Origin: a virus
DNA length: 64,000 bases
IMG/VR virus record: IMGVR_UViG_3300025728_000371
Span: 3,560-67,559 of that record
Strand: one strand, 5' to 3'
Position numbers and translations under genes: made by a program
Shown: positions 1-8,206 of the stretch, piece after piece
Numbering within the stretch: position 1 is the first letter of the stretch
Layout: each line of letters opens with the position of its first letter
The notes under the pieces: generated by a model
Told to the model about the DNA's origin: nothing
Seen by the model: the letters and a program-made list of their open reading frames with translations, nothing else
The model's database searches: none

Positions 1-267
1 GAGACTGTTATCATTCACCTGAACGATGGCTCATCCATTCGTGGGCTTGCAAAATTTAAGATCAAAAAGGTTGTACACGTAGAGGATATCGGTGGAAAAA
101 ATCCTAATCGTGATGAACTGATGCACAAAATGGTGCTCTATTTAGAGGAGTTATGCACTCCTGGAAGTGATGGTAAAAGGATTTTAGACGAATCTGGAGC
201 GCTGGCAGACAATGAAATATTTATACCTAATTCCAGAAGAAGTAAAAAACGCGAAGCTGGTAAGTGA
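1..267 (+). CDS. Partial AT-rich hypothetical protein (C-terminal 88 aa), prophage cargo
   Basis: Frame 1 open from base 1 (ETVIIHLNDG...KKREAGK) to TGA at 265-267; overlaps next gene. Confidence 0.7.
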   Translation, partial: ETVIIHLNDGSSIRGLAKFKIKKVVHVEDIGGKNPNRDELMHKMVLYLEELCTPGSDGKRILDESGALADNEIFIPNSRRSKKREAGK

Positions 268-826
268 AGAGCTTGGCGAAGTTGCGCGAACAGGGTCGAG
301 TAATGCTGCATATCTCTGCTGGAATCTTTTTGTTTTAGCGGTCGGCTGGTTGCTTGGTTTCTTGGGGGCGCAATATGTTGATGATAATCTTCTCAATGCT
401 GTGATAGCGTTTGATGGGGTCGTTATTGGTTTTGTGATAACGGCAATGCTTTTCTCGGGGCGGAGTCAATATTTGACTCGCATGAGCTATGAACAGACTT
501 TGCTGTATGCGCACAAAACAAAGTATATGTTGATGTCTCAGATAAATACCTTGTTTTCTTTCTTGATGTGCTTGTTGTTTTGTGTTCTTACTATGGTTTC
601 TATTAAAAGTGGTTTTTTACATAGAGGGGCTTTGGTTGTTTTGTCAGCGGGGTTCTTCATGTTGGGGTGTTATCGTATTCTACTGCTGCCGTTTCAGATC
701 TATGAGGTTCATTCTTTTGCCCTTGATAATTTGGTTGCAGACTCCGAGGGGGAGTCTGTACGGAATGTGAAAAATAAAACAGAGGAAAGGTTGCGCTTGT
801 TAAAGGGTGATTTGAAGGCTCGTTAA
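212..826 (+). CDS. AT-rich membrane protein (~4 TM), prophage cargo
   Basis: 204 aa ORF with four hydrophobic segments; converges on integrase; start uncertain. Confidence 0.75.
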   Translation: MKYLYLIPEEVKNAKLVSEELGEVARTGSSNAAYLCWNLFVLAVGWLLGFLGAQYVDDNLLNAVIAFDGVVIGFVITAMLFSGRSQYLTRMSYEQTLLYAHKTKYMLMSQINTLFSFLMCLLFCVLTMVSIKSGFLHRGALVVLSAGFFMLGCYRILLLPFQIYEVHSFALDNLVADSEGESVRNVKNKTEERLRLLKGDLKAR

Positions 827-2070
827 GCGGTTTTTTCCTGAGATAGGTTTGACCAAATACGTTGTAGCTCTGTTGGTGATTCGTCATCCATCCACTTAGC
901 ATAGACTTCCACCAGCATGGTGAAGTCCTTATGTCCCATCTGTTTCGCGATGAAAGCGAGGTTGCCACGTGCAGTTAGGCACCAGCATGCATAGGTATGC
1001 CTGGTCTGGTAAGGTCGACGTGGCCTTATCTCTGACCTACGCTGCAGCGCCGCCCACTTGGTGTTCCAGGCTGATGGTACGAACCACTGGTTGATCACCT
1101 TCTTTCGTGCCTGAGTAGCTGGCGAAAGGAGCGGTGTGACCGTTTCGAGGCGGCTCTCATGGCGATTTTGAAAGACATTGATCTCCATTGGTGGTGTGCC
1201 TTTAACTAGTTCGATTAGTACTTGGCAGGCCTCAACGGCAGGCGGCATCAGCAGTACGGTTCGTGGTTTTCCAGTTTTGGGTAGTTTAAATGTGCCGCGG
1301 GCGGTAATGGCCCTGGTGATCTTGATTTGCCCTAAGCCGAGATCAATATCCTCTACGGCTAGGGCGCACAGTTCGCCGGGACGCAAGCCGGTATATACGG
1401 CCAGAGTTACTGCGGCTGAATCCTGAGCGTGTAGACATCCCTTATGTACGAGCTGGTTGAATTCCGCTTTGGTCAGTGGGTCGGGCTCGCGATCCTGCAT
1501 GGAAAAGCGACTGCACGCGAGGGCTAGTCCTTCCCGTGAGTACTTGTTGCTTTCGCACCAGTTCAAGAATCCGGCGAAAGTGGCGAGGTAATGATTAGTA
1601 GTCGAAGGAGCCCTGTCTGCAATCAGCAGCGTCCTTAGCAGTTGGATATCTTCTGGCAGCAGGGTGCTCACCAGCCGGTCCTTGCCTATCAGATCCGCGC
1701 AGATATCAAGCGCGTAGCCGTACTTTTCCTCGGTCATCGGTGTGATATCAACGGCTTTTAGTGGCTTGTACCGGTCAATGAGCGTGTGAAGGCGTTCGTC
1801 TCTGGCGGTGCTGACGTTGGTAGCGTTTTTTGAGTTTGGGAAGTGTCGGCTGTAATCGAAGTGTCCAGTTTTAATCTCATGAGTAATTGCTGCCCTGAGC
1901 AGGGCGGCATGTTTGATATTGGCTTTTGTGAGAGGAAGCCCCAGGGATTCGCGGCAGCGGACTCGGCGCCAGATGAACCAGATACGCAGGTTGCCGCCGT
2001 GAACTTCGACCCCTTTGTGCTTCGCCAGCTCTGCCTCTAGGCTGCTTCCTGGGGTGCGCTTTCGGCCCAC
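823..2070 (-). CDS. int: Tyrosine integrase with N-terminal arm-binding domain
   Basis: TGLRPGEL, YQTRHTYA, MGH and catalytic Y (VEVYAKW) motifs; N-terminal LRIWF..RCRESLGL arm domain. Confidence 0.95.
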   Translation of the reverse strand: MGRKRTPGSSLEAELAKHKGVEVHGGNLRIWFIWRRVRCRESLGLPLTKANIKHAALLRAAITHEIKTGHFDYSRHFPNSKNATNVSTARDERLHTLIDRYKPLKAVDITPMTEEKYGYALDICADLIGKDRLVSTLLPEDIQLLRTLLIADRAPSTTNHYLATFAGFLNWCESNKYSREGLALACSRFSMQDREPDPLTKAEFNQLVHKGCLHAQDSAAVTLAVYTGLRPGELCALAVEDIDLGLGQIKITRAITARGTFKLPKTGKPRTVLLMPPAVEACQVLIELVKGTPPMEINVFQNRHESRLETVTPLLSPATQARKKVINQWFVPSAWNTKWAALQRRSEIRPRRPYQTRHTYACWCLTARGNLAFIAKQMGHKDFTMLVEVYAKWMDDESPTELQRIWSNLSQEKTA

Positions 2071-2234
2071 TTGTCATACTCCGTCATGTTGATTGCGATT
2101 CGACCGTCAGGGGTTTTGCGCCAGATGCGGCCTTGGGCCCAGGTCCCATTTTTTACCTTGTGGCGGATAGCGTCTTCGCTGTAGCCAGTCAGCTCCGATG
2201 CGCGATTGATCATTACCCAGCGTGGGATGCTCAT
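2037..2234 (-). CDS. xis: Excisionase
   Basis: 65 aa winged-HTH-like (ASELTGYSEDAIR..W..G.IWRK) overlapping the int start. Confidence 0.85.
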   Translation of the reverse strand: MSIPRWVMINRASELTGYSEDAIRHKVKNGTWAQGRIWRKTPDGRIAINMTEYDKWAESAPQEAA

Positions 2235-2866
2235 GCTCCCTCCTGACCTTCCGATTGTTCGTGGGCCTTATGGCGTTCGAAGGCCTCGCGCAGGGCGTCG
2301 CGGATGTGCGAATACCCTTCGGTGTCTGCTGTGTGTGGAAAACGAATCTCGCTGGTTTCAAAGGCGGCGGTCAGGTCACCATGGCGGTCCAGCCACTCGA
2401 TCAGTTGGGTATCCAGCGAGTCGCCGTTGATGCTTGCGGCTGAATTGATGGTGTCGAGCATCCGGTAGGCCAACTCGCCAATGAGGTGGGATTGGCTTAT
2501 GGCTTTCTTCCGATAGGGCTCGGTGCCAGGGAACGCGTCCCAAGACTCTTTCGCCAGGCGGAGCGTGGTGACGACTTCCAGCAGGGCCAGGTGGTCGGCC
2601 TTGGTGAACGGGGTTGCGCGGATCACCCGGGCCCGGCGTTCCAGTTCGGTCAGTCTCGCCTGGTCGGCCTTGTGCAGGCGGTTTAGGTCGGTGATGTCCT
2701 TGTTCAACGCCTCAATGCGCTGGCTGTGCCGTGCATTGAGTGAGTTGTGGAGAGCATCGAAGCGCTTGTGATAGGCGCTCAGCAGAATCGCGCGGGTTGT
2801 GAAACAGGTCAGCAGGATCAGGCCGATGGCGATACCTGCGAAGATGATCATGTGCTGTGCTTGCAT
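2231..2866 (-). CDS. Phage hypothetical protein with N-terminal TM anchor and coiled coil
   Basis: 211 aa ORF coupled to xis. Confidence 0.75.
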   Translation of the reverse strand: MQAQHMIIFAGIAIGLILLTCFTTRAILLSAYHKRFDALHNSLNARHSQRIEALNKDITDLNRLHKADQARLTELERRARVIRATPFTKADHLALLEVVTTLRLAKESWDAFPGTEPYRKKAISQSHLIGELAYRMLDTINSAASINGDSLDTQLIEWLDRHGDLTAAFETSEIRFPHTADTEGYSHIRDALREAFERHKAHEQSEGQEGA

Positions 2867-2941
2867 GTGCTGTGTCCTCGGTAGAGCCCGCCGGCCGGGA
2901 TCGATAAGTGGTGAGAGACCGGGCGGCGGGGTGTTGCAGGC

Positions 2942-3751
2942 TTATGCCAGGGTGAAGTTGCCCACGGTCAGGGTTGCTTTTTCGCCGACCTGAATCTGGA
3001 CGACCGATTTGAACTCCTGGGCCAGGTCTTCGCGCAGCTGCGCTTCACCAATCCAGCGCAGTCGCAGCATTGGTTTGTCGCCGCCGGTCAGCACGGCCAC
3101 GCGCAGTTGAATCACGCGCTCAGCAAGGCCCTCGAAAGGTCGAACCTTGAACAGAAAGTCGCTCGGCAGACCTTCCGAGGACTTGGCCTCGATCCGGTCC
3201 ATCGCTGATTTCGACTGGCTCAGGTCGCTGACGGTGTGTTCGCTGTTGCGGGCCTGTTCGATAGTGATCGAGCGGATGGCGCCGGCGGCCTTGCGAAGGT
3301 CGATTGGCTCCCCGTCCGCGGCGATGGCCGTCAGGTTCGGGGCCCAGTCCTCGATCCAGTCGCTGAGATCCTTCTGGGCCAGTGCCCGGCTGGCCGCGTA
3401 CTCGAGGGCCACGAACGCGGCGGTCTTCGCCAGGGTGAGGGTGGCGGTGAAGTCGCCATGACCTGGCTCTGCCTCGGTACCGAGGTTGAAGTAGATCTTG
3501 CAGGACATGGCCTCACCGTCGACGAAGCCGACGATGTTCGCGCTGACCTGGGTGGTGACGTAGGTAGTGAAGTCAGGCAGCGAATGCGTGGTCATCGCAC
3601 CGCGGAAGCGGCAGCGGTTCAACTGGTATTGCTCGATGCTCTGGACCTTGACGCCCGCTGGCAGGGCGACAGTGGGGATATGGGTCGCCAGCGACTTGGC
3701 GGCTGCGATGATGGCTGTGTCTTGAATCAACTGTACGGCTTGGGCTTCCAT
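2942..3751 (-). CDS. DUF2303/YfdQ-family phage protein
   Basis: RFRG.MTT.SL.DF, QKDLSDWIEDW and PFEGL motifs. Confidence 0.8.
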   Translation of the reverse strand: MEAQAVQLIQDTAIIAAAKSLATHIPTVALPAGVKVQSIEQYQLNRCRFRGAMTTHSLPDFTTYVTTQVSANIVGFVDGEAMSCKIYFNLGTEAEPGHGDFTATLTLAKTAAFVALEYAASRALAQKDLSDWIEDWAPNLTAIAADGEPIDLRKAAGAIRSITIEQARNSEHTVSDLSQSKSAMDRIEAKSSEGLPSDFLFKVRPFEGLAERVIQLRVAVLTGGDKPMLRLRWIGEAQLREDLAQEFKSVVQIQVGEKATLTVGNFTLA

Positions 3752-3805
3752 TGGATCTGTCCTTGCGGTGGTGAGAGAAATGGCTAGCGGTCGCGTTGGA
3801 GTGCG

Positions 3806-4156
3806 CTACGACCGGGAGTTGATCGGTGCTTCATCCCGGTTGAAGAGCTGGCCGGGGCCAGGCGCTTCAGGGAACAGGGTCAGCTTTCCGCCTTCGCCGA
3901 CATGCATCGGCGTGTCGAGGGTGGTGTCCTCGGTGCGGCTACCGCGTTTGGTCGGTACCTTGTAGGCCAGCTTGTGGTTCACGGTGACCTGGTGGCTGGT
4001 GCCGATCTGCTTCAGGTTGAAGGTCACGGTGACCACGCCGGCCTTGCCGTGGTCGACCACGCCGGCCGCTACTTCGGACAGGGCGTGGCCGATCTGGCTG
4101 GCGAAAACCCCGGCGTTGAGTTCGGCGAGGAACTCGGCGGTATCAGTAGGTTTCAT
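3806..4156 (-). CDS. Phage protein (YfdP-like, typical DUF2303 partner)
   Basis: MKPTDTAEFLAELNAGVF...PTKRG..TEDTTLDTPMHV; start set at the internal Met. Confidence 0.75.
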   Translation of the reverse strand: MKPTDTAEFLAELNAGVFASQIGHALSEVAAGVVDHGKAGVVTVTFNLKQIGTSHQVTVNHKLAYKVPTKRGSRTEDTTLDTPMHVGEGGKLTLFPEAPGPGQLFNRDEAPINSRS

Positions 4157-4214
4157 GTGCTGTGTCTCTGGTTGGTTTGAGTTCGCCCCTGAGTAGGCAG
4201 GGACCACCTTTGAA

Positions 4215-4466
4215 TCAAGCCGCCTTCGACGGCGCCTGGGCATCGAGGAAGGCGGCCAGGTCGTGCAGATAGACCACTCGCTTGGCGCGGGCGGAGTTGT
4301 GCAGCTTGGTGACCTTCAGCGCGATGCGGCCGGCGTTGATCTCGTTGAGCAGATAGCGGTCAGTCCGGATGTGAGAGAAGTAGCGCTCCCGGACAGCGGC
4401 CAGCGTTGGGCACGGGGTTGCGAAGTCCCGGCGCAACTGGTCGAGGGTGTCGATTGATTTGCTCAC
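4215..4466 (-). CDS. Pyocin activator PrtN-family protein
   Basis: 83 aa; YFSHI, I.AG.I.L.V.KL..S.RA...V.L.DLA.FLD pattern of the PrtN family. Confidence 0.7.
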   Translation of the reverse strand: MSKSIDTLDQLRRDFATPCPTLAAVRERYFSHIRTDRYLLNEINAGRIALKVTKLHNSARAKRVVYLHDLAAFLDAQAPSKAA

Positions 4467-4834
4467 GTCGATACCTCCCCGCGCCCCGCCGCAGGCAGCA
4501 GCTTGATCCGGATCAACTCGGCCAGACCCTCTTTGCTGACGCCCGTGGCGGCGGCGAGGATCTGTCCGTCCTTATCCGCGACCACAGCGCCGAAGGGCAG
4601 GCCGGGGTTGTTGGTCGGGGTGACGTACGCCACCTGGTCGTGACCGGTGACGGCATCGACAGCGCGGAAGACCTCGGCCAGGGCCAGATCCAGAGGCGGT
4701 ATGGTGCCAATGGCGGCCAAGGCGTCAGCGGTGATGCCGATCAGAGTGTCGCGGGTGACTGTGCCGGGTTGGGTGAAGTAGACCGGGACCATTTTCAGGG
4801 CGCCGACGGCGATATCGATCGGGTTCTGTTTCAT
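4463..4834 (-). CDS. Phage hypothetical protein
   Basis: Translationally coupled ORF in the leftward operon. Confidence 0.65.
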   Translation of the reverse strand: MKQNPIDIAVGALKMVPVYFTQPGTVTRDTLIGITADALAAIGTIPPLDLALAEVFRAVDAVTGHDQVAYVTPTNNPGLPFGAVVADKDGQILAAATGVSKEGLAELIRIKLLPAAGRGEVST

Positions 4835-5106
4835 GCTGCGGCATCCTTGTTCGTGATGGTGATTCCCAGCTTCTTCGCCAGCCACTGCACGCCGACTTCG
4901 GTGACCATGACCACTGAGTAGTGCTTGGGGATCTTGGCCTTGCCGACGGTCACGGTGCGCGGGTCGGAGAACAGGTTGCCGCCGTCACGGTGGTGGCTGG
5001 CGAGGTCGCCCGAGCTGTTCAAGATCCGCAGTTCGCGCAGCTTCGCGCGAAAGGCCCGTGGCTTGAGGCCGAGCACAGCCGCTGTTTCGTCCAGGGTGCG
5101 ATTCAT
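4831..5106 (-). CDS. Antirepressor KilA-C-like protein
   Basis: TAAVLGL.PR.F.AKLRE ... VMVTEVGVQWLAKKL pattern. Confidence 0.7.
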   Translation of the reverse strand: MNRTLDETAAVLGLKPRAFRAKLRELRILNSSGDLASHHRDGGNLFSDPRTVTVGKAKIPKHYSVVMVTEVGVQWLAKKLGITITNKDAAA

Positions 5107-5115
5107 GGCTGTCTC

Positions 5116-5712
5116 CTAGACGATCGTCAGTGAGCCGCAATGCATTGCTTGAGGCTTGGCGCCGCCCTTGATAGCCGCAAGCCAGCAACTGAGCGCCCAG
5201 CACAGCGCCTCTACCGTGCTGTTGTTCGTGAGCGTCCAATCGCCCTTCAGGCGGGCGATGCCGGCTTCGCTTGAGTGCGGGTTGACGTTCTTGGCGTCAG
5301 GGCGCTTGAGGTGGATCACGATGCCGCCGCGGTCGCGGATGAAGGCGGCCTCGTTCTCGAAGCGCAGATCGCTGACAACGAATCCCTGGGCGGAATCGTG
5401 GGTGCGGGCCAGTAGGTCGAGGTTTTGCGCGGCAAGAATCAGCCACAGATCCGGGTGCACAAGGTTGCGACCCCACTCCGTTCCGAGCAGCTGCATCAGT
5501 TCGCGGGGGGAGCGGTTGATTGCAGGCAGCGGTAGCTCTTTGCGATCGTCGGCAAAGTCGCATGGGCTCAGGTTGAGTATGTGCATCAGGCCGTCGCGTA
5601 GCGGGTCGGCGAACGCGTAGGACTGGAAGTTGTGGTTGTTCACCAGGTGCTGCGCAGCGGTGTCTTTGCCGGAGCGGGCCAGGCCAGCAAGGCCGATCAG
5701 TAGAGGCTTCAT
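5116..5712 (-). CDS. Deoxynucleoside monophosphate kinase
   Basis: P-loop GLARSGKDT, FADPL, SPRELMQLLGTEWGR, SDLRFENE, HSSE. Confidence 0.9.
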   Translation of the reverse strand: MKPLLIGLAGLARSGKDTAAQHLVNNHNFQSYAFADPLRDGLMHILNLSPCDFADDRKELPLPAINRSPRELMQLLGTEWGRNLVHPDLWLILAAQNLDLLARTHDSAQGFVVSDLRFENEAAFIRDRGGIVIHLKRPDAKNVNPHSSEAGIARLKGDWTLTNNSTVEALCWALSCWLAAIKGGAKPQAMHCGSLTIV

Positions 5713-6026
5713 GCTGCGGGCTCCGTGGTGAGATAGTTCTTGGTCCAGTCCAGTAGCCCGATCAGGCGGTCGGCTCCTATAGCGGCCGTCAGTTCTGGGT
5801 TTGGGTGTTGAACTGTCGGTGTGAAAAAGACGCTCTTCCGCTCCCAGGCCTCACTGGTGGTGTCTGGGAAGTCTGGGAGTTCTTGGTCGGCCGGGACGAT
5901 ACGTACTATCGCTTTGCCGACGTGGCCGGAAATTTCGAAAAAGGCAAACCATTTCCCTTGATCATTGATCAAGAGTACGGCTGCCAGGATCTGCATGAGC
6001 AGCTGCTCGGGAGTCATTTGGCTCAT
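5709..6026 (-). CDS. Phage hypothetical protein
   Basis: 105 aa coupled ORF. Confidence 0.65.
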   Translation of the reverse strand: MSQMTPEQLLMQILAAVLLINDQGKWFAFFEISGHVGKAIVRIVPADQELPDFPDTTSEAWERKSVFFTPTVQHPNPELTAAIGADRLIGLLDWTKNYLTTEPAA

Positions 6027-6208
6027 GCTGCGTCACCCCCGAATGGGCCGTTGTCGACGGGCTTGGTGGTGGTAGCGGCGCGGCGGATGGTGGCGATCAC
6101 CAGCAGGCCGGTTTGGCGCTGGATGGCTTCCACGGCCTCGGGGCTGGTGCAGGCTGCCGGGTGGATGTACACCCGGCAGCGGGTCGTGCTGTGCTGGTTG
6201 GTTTGCAT
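6023..6208 (-). CDS. Small first gene of the leftward early operon
   Basis: MQTNQHSTTRCRVYIHPAAC..., ATGA overlap with next gene. Confidence 0.65.
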   Translation of the reverse strand: MQTNQHSTTRCRVYIHPAACTSPEAVEAIQRQTGLLVIATIRRAATTTKPVDNGPFGGDAA

Positions 6209-6240
6209 GGCTCGTACTCTGTGGTGAGAGGTTGACGAAC

Positions 6241-6290
6241 CTAAAATTAGCAATGGCTAAATAAATTGACAATAGCTTTTGCTAAAAATA
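6241..6290 (-). promoter_or_regulatory. Leftward promoter/operator (OL) with two TAGC-N4-GCTA palindromes
   Basis: TAGCAATGGCTA 6248-6259 and TAGCTTTTGCTA 6273-6284 in AT-rich DNA. Confidence 0.7.
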
Positions 6291-6303
6291 ATTTTCGGCG
6301 CAC

Positions 6304-6330
6304 AAAAAAAAGCCGCTCAAGGCGGCTTTT
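6304..6330 (-). terminator. Intrinsic terminator downstream of cI
   Basis: aaaagccgc-tcaag-gcggctttt hairpin with A/T tracts. Confidence 0.75.
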
Positions 6331-6343
6331 CTGATCGACGGTG

Positions 6344-6994
6344 CTAGTTTTGAAGTTGACTTGGTGGGCTGATGCCGCCGACGTAGTGGATCGACTCGAT
6401 CTCGGCGCGCGTTACGGTGAGTCGGCTATAAGTATCGTTCACGGCCATCAGGCTGACCTCTTCATCGTTCTCGTACAACAGCTCTTTGACCATCTTGGTC
6501 CCGTCGGTAAGCGTGACCAGCACGTACTCTCCTGGCACCAGGTCATGCCTTGGCTCGCACCAGATGATCCAGCCGTTGCGAATGGCTGGTGCAAGGGCAT
6601 TGCCCTTGATGCGTACGGAATAAACCGTAGGGTCTGAGGTTGGAGCATCCACCCAGCCAGTCCCGGCCGCCAGTTCATCCCATGTTCCATCTTGACTCAA
6701 TTGGGCCACTCCTTGAAGGGGAGCCCGCCGGAATGGATTCATGGGTATGGGGCCGGGTTCGATGCCTGGCGCCACCCCGTCCTGGGCTAAGCGCGCGGGC
6801 ATTAACAGTGTTCCGCCAGTAAGGCCGATCTTATCTTCAAGTTTCTTCGCTGCTCTGTCGCCCAATGGTCTATGGCCGTTCAGTAGCTGCGAAAGGTAGG
6901 AGGGGTCAATGTTGTAGCGATCGGCAAACTCCTTGGATTTGAGGTTGCCGATCAGGGCCCGGAGGGTATCAATGCGGAGCTGGTTGATGTTCAT
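6344..6994 (-). CDS. cI: CI-like repressor (HTH + S24 autopeptidase)
   Basis: HTH (FADRYNIDPSYLSQLLNG) and S24-like C-terminus (IKGNAL, VKEL); divergent from cro. Confidence 0.88.
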   Translation of the reverse strand: MNINQLRIDTLRALIGNLKSKEFADRYNIDPSYLSQLLNGHRPLGDRAAKKLEDKIGLTGGTLLMPARLAQDGVAPGIEPGPIPMNPFRRAPLQGVAQLSQDGTWDELAAGTGWVDAPTSDPTVYSVRIKGNALAPAIRNGWIIWCEPRHDLVPGEYVLVTLTDGTKMVKELLYENDEEVSLMAVNDTYSRLTVTRAEIESIHYVGGISPPSQLQN

Positions 6995-7013
6995 CCGTGA
7001 ATCTTGAAAGGCA

Positions 7014-7070
7014 GTTAGCATTTTGTAAATTACGGTTTGCTATTGTTAAATGCGTTAGCGGTTGCTATAT
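7014..7070 (+). promoter_or_regulatory. Rightward operator/promoter (OR)
   Basis: TAGCGGTTGCTA 7056-7067 plus degenerate copies between cI and cro. Confidence 0.65.
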
Positions 7071-7090
7071 TTTTCGAAACGGAGGTGCAT

Positions 7091-7318
7091 ATGAGCTTGC
7101 ATGCATACATAAAGATTCTCGGAAAGGCGAAGGTTGAAGATCTGGCTGTTCGCTGCGGCACGACAGTGGGGCAGCTGAAGCAGGTGGCCTATGGGAATCG
7201 GCGGGCCGGCGCCAGTCTGGCTGTTTCTCTGGAGCGTGAAACCCAGGGGCAGGTCACTTGTGAACAGCTTCGCCCTGACATTGATTGGGCATATTTGCGT
7301 GGCTCAAAGGCTGCGTAA
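7091..7318 (+). CDS. cro: Cro/YdaS-like regulator
   Basis: HTH plus ELRPDIDWAYLR-type C-terminus (QLRPDIDWAYLR); GGAGG RBS. Confidence 0.85.
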   Translation: MSLHAYIKILGKAKVEDLAVRCGTTVGQLKQVAYGNRRAGASLAVSLERETQGQVTCEQLRPDIDWAYLRGSKAA

Positions 7319-7521
7319 GGTGCCAAGCCTAGACCCTCTCACCACAAGATCAGTCTAGGCCTGGCGGGTCGGCGGCGCGGTTCTCTCACCACAAGAATCA
7401 CCGCGCCGCCTAGAGCGATGTACCGTGCCGCACAGCACGTTTGACACAGCACATCGGTCGTGGCTGTAGGATAGGGCGTGCCTGGTCTTATGGCTACACC
7501 GAAAACAGGGGATTTTCGGTT

Positions 7522-8010
7522 ATGAGTCGACAAGACTTGCTGCCGGGCGCTGGCCCGGTTCTTTCATTGCGCGAAGCGCTCTACCGTGCGGGTCGCGATT
7601 ACCGCGGTGGTATCACTGCCCTCGGCCATGCCATGAGCATGGACTATGACGAACTCCAGAAGAAGCTGATGCTGCGTGAAGAGCGGCGGTGGCTGAATCC
7701 CGACGAACTCGAAGAGTTCATAAGCCTGACCGACAGCCCTGCGGTCCTCGACGCCTTGATGCGTCCGGCTGGGGCTGTTTGGTACAAGCCAACGCCAGTG
7801 CCGGCCACGGGGCAGGCGCTGCAAGCGGTCGGCAAGTTGCTTGAGGAGACCGGTGAATTCGTTTCCAGCATGCACGACGGCGCTGCCGACAACATCTGGG
7901 AGCCTCACGAAGTTGCGACACTCGAAAAGCACGGCCTCGACGTGATCCGCGCTGTACTCGGCATTATGGCCGGGGCGCGGGCAGCGATGGAGGACCAGGC
8001 AAATGGTTGA
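7522..8010 (+). CDS. Phage regulatory CII-family protein
   Basis: GGITAL...LQKKL......LNPDEL pattern; position after cro. Confidence 0.7.
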   Translation: MSRQDLLPGAGPVLSLREALYRAGRDYRGGITALGHAMSMDYDELQKKLMLREERRWLNPDELEEFISLTDSPAVLDALMRPAGAVWYKPTPVPATGQALQAVGKLLEETGEFVSSMHDGAADNIWEPHEVATLEKHGLDVIRAVLGIMAGARAAMEDQANG

Positions 8011-8206
8011 TATCGTCGATCAGGCATCCGAGCAGGCCGAGTACCTGCTACAGCTCGCCCTTCATCGCCGCCCGCGGCTCTCTACTTCGGCCAGTGCTCA
8101 GTTCTGTGAGGACTGCGACGAGCCCATCCCGTTACTTCGCCAGCAGACCATTCAAGGGTGTGTCACCTGCGTCAGCTGCCAGGGGTTGCGGGAGCGCCGG
8201 AGATGA
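8003..8206 (+). CDS. TraR/DksA C4 zinc-finger protein
   Basis: DIVDQASE; CEDCDEPIP..R.....GCVTCVSCQ. Confidence 0.88.
   Translation: MVDIVDQASEQAEYLLQLALHRRPRLSTSASAQFCEDCDEPIPLLRQQTIQGCVTCVSCQGLRERRR

Noticed and set aside
700-900. Attachment site immediately downstream of the integrase
   Set aside because: No copy of the mutS junction core (CACACCCCGAT) seen here; cargo genes continue to the window edge, so the left att is off-window
7326-7454. CRISPR-like mini-array in the cro-cII gap
   Set aside because: Repeats are only 10-14 nt, irregularly spaced, and no cas genes are present
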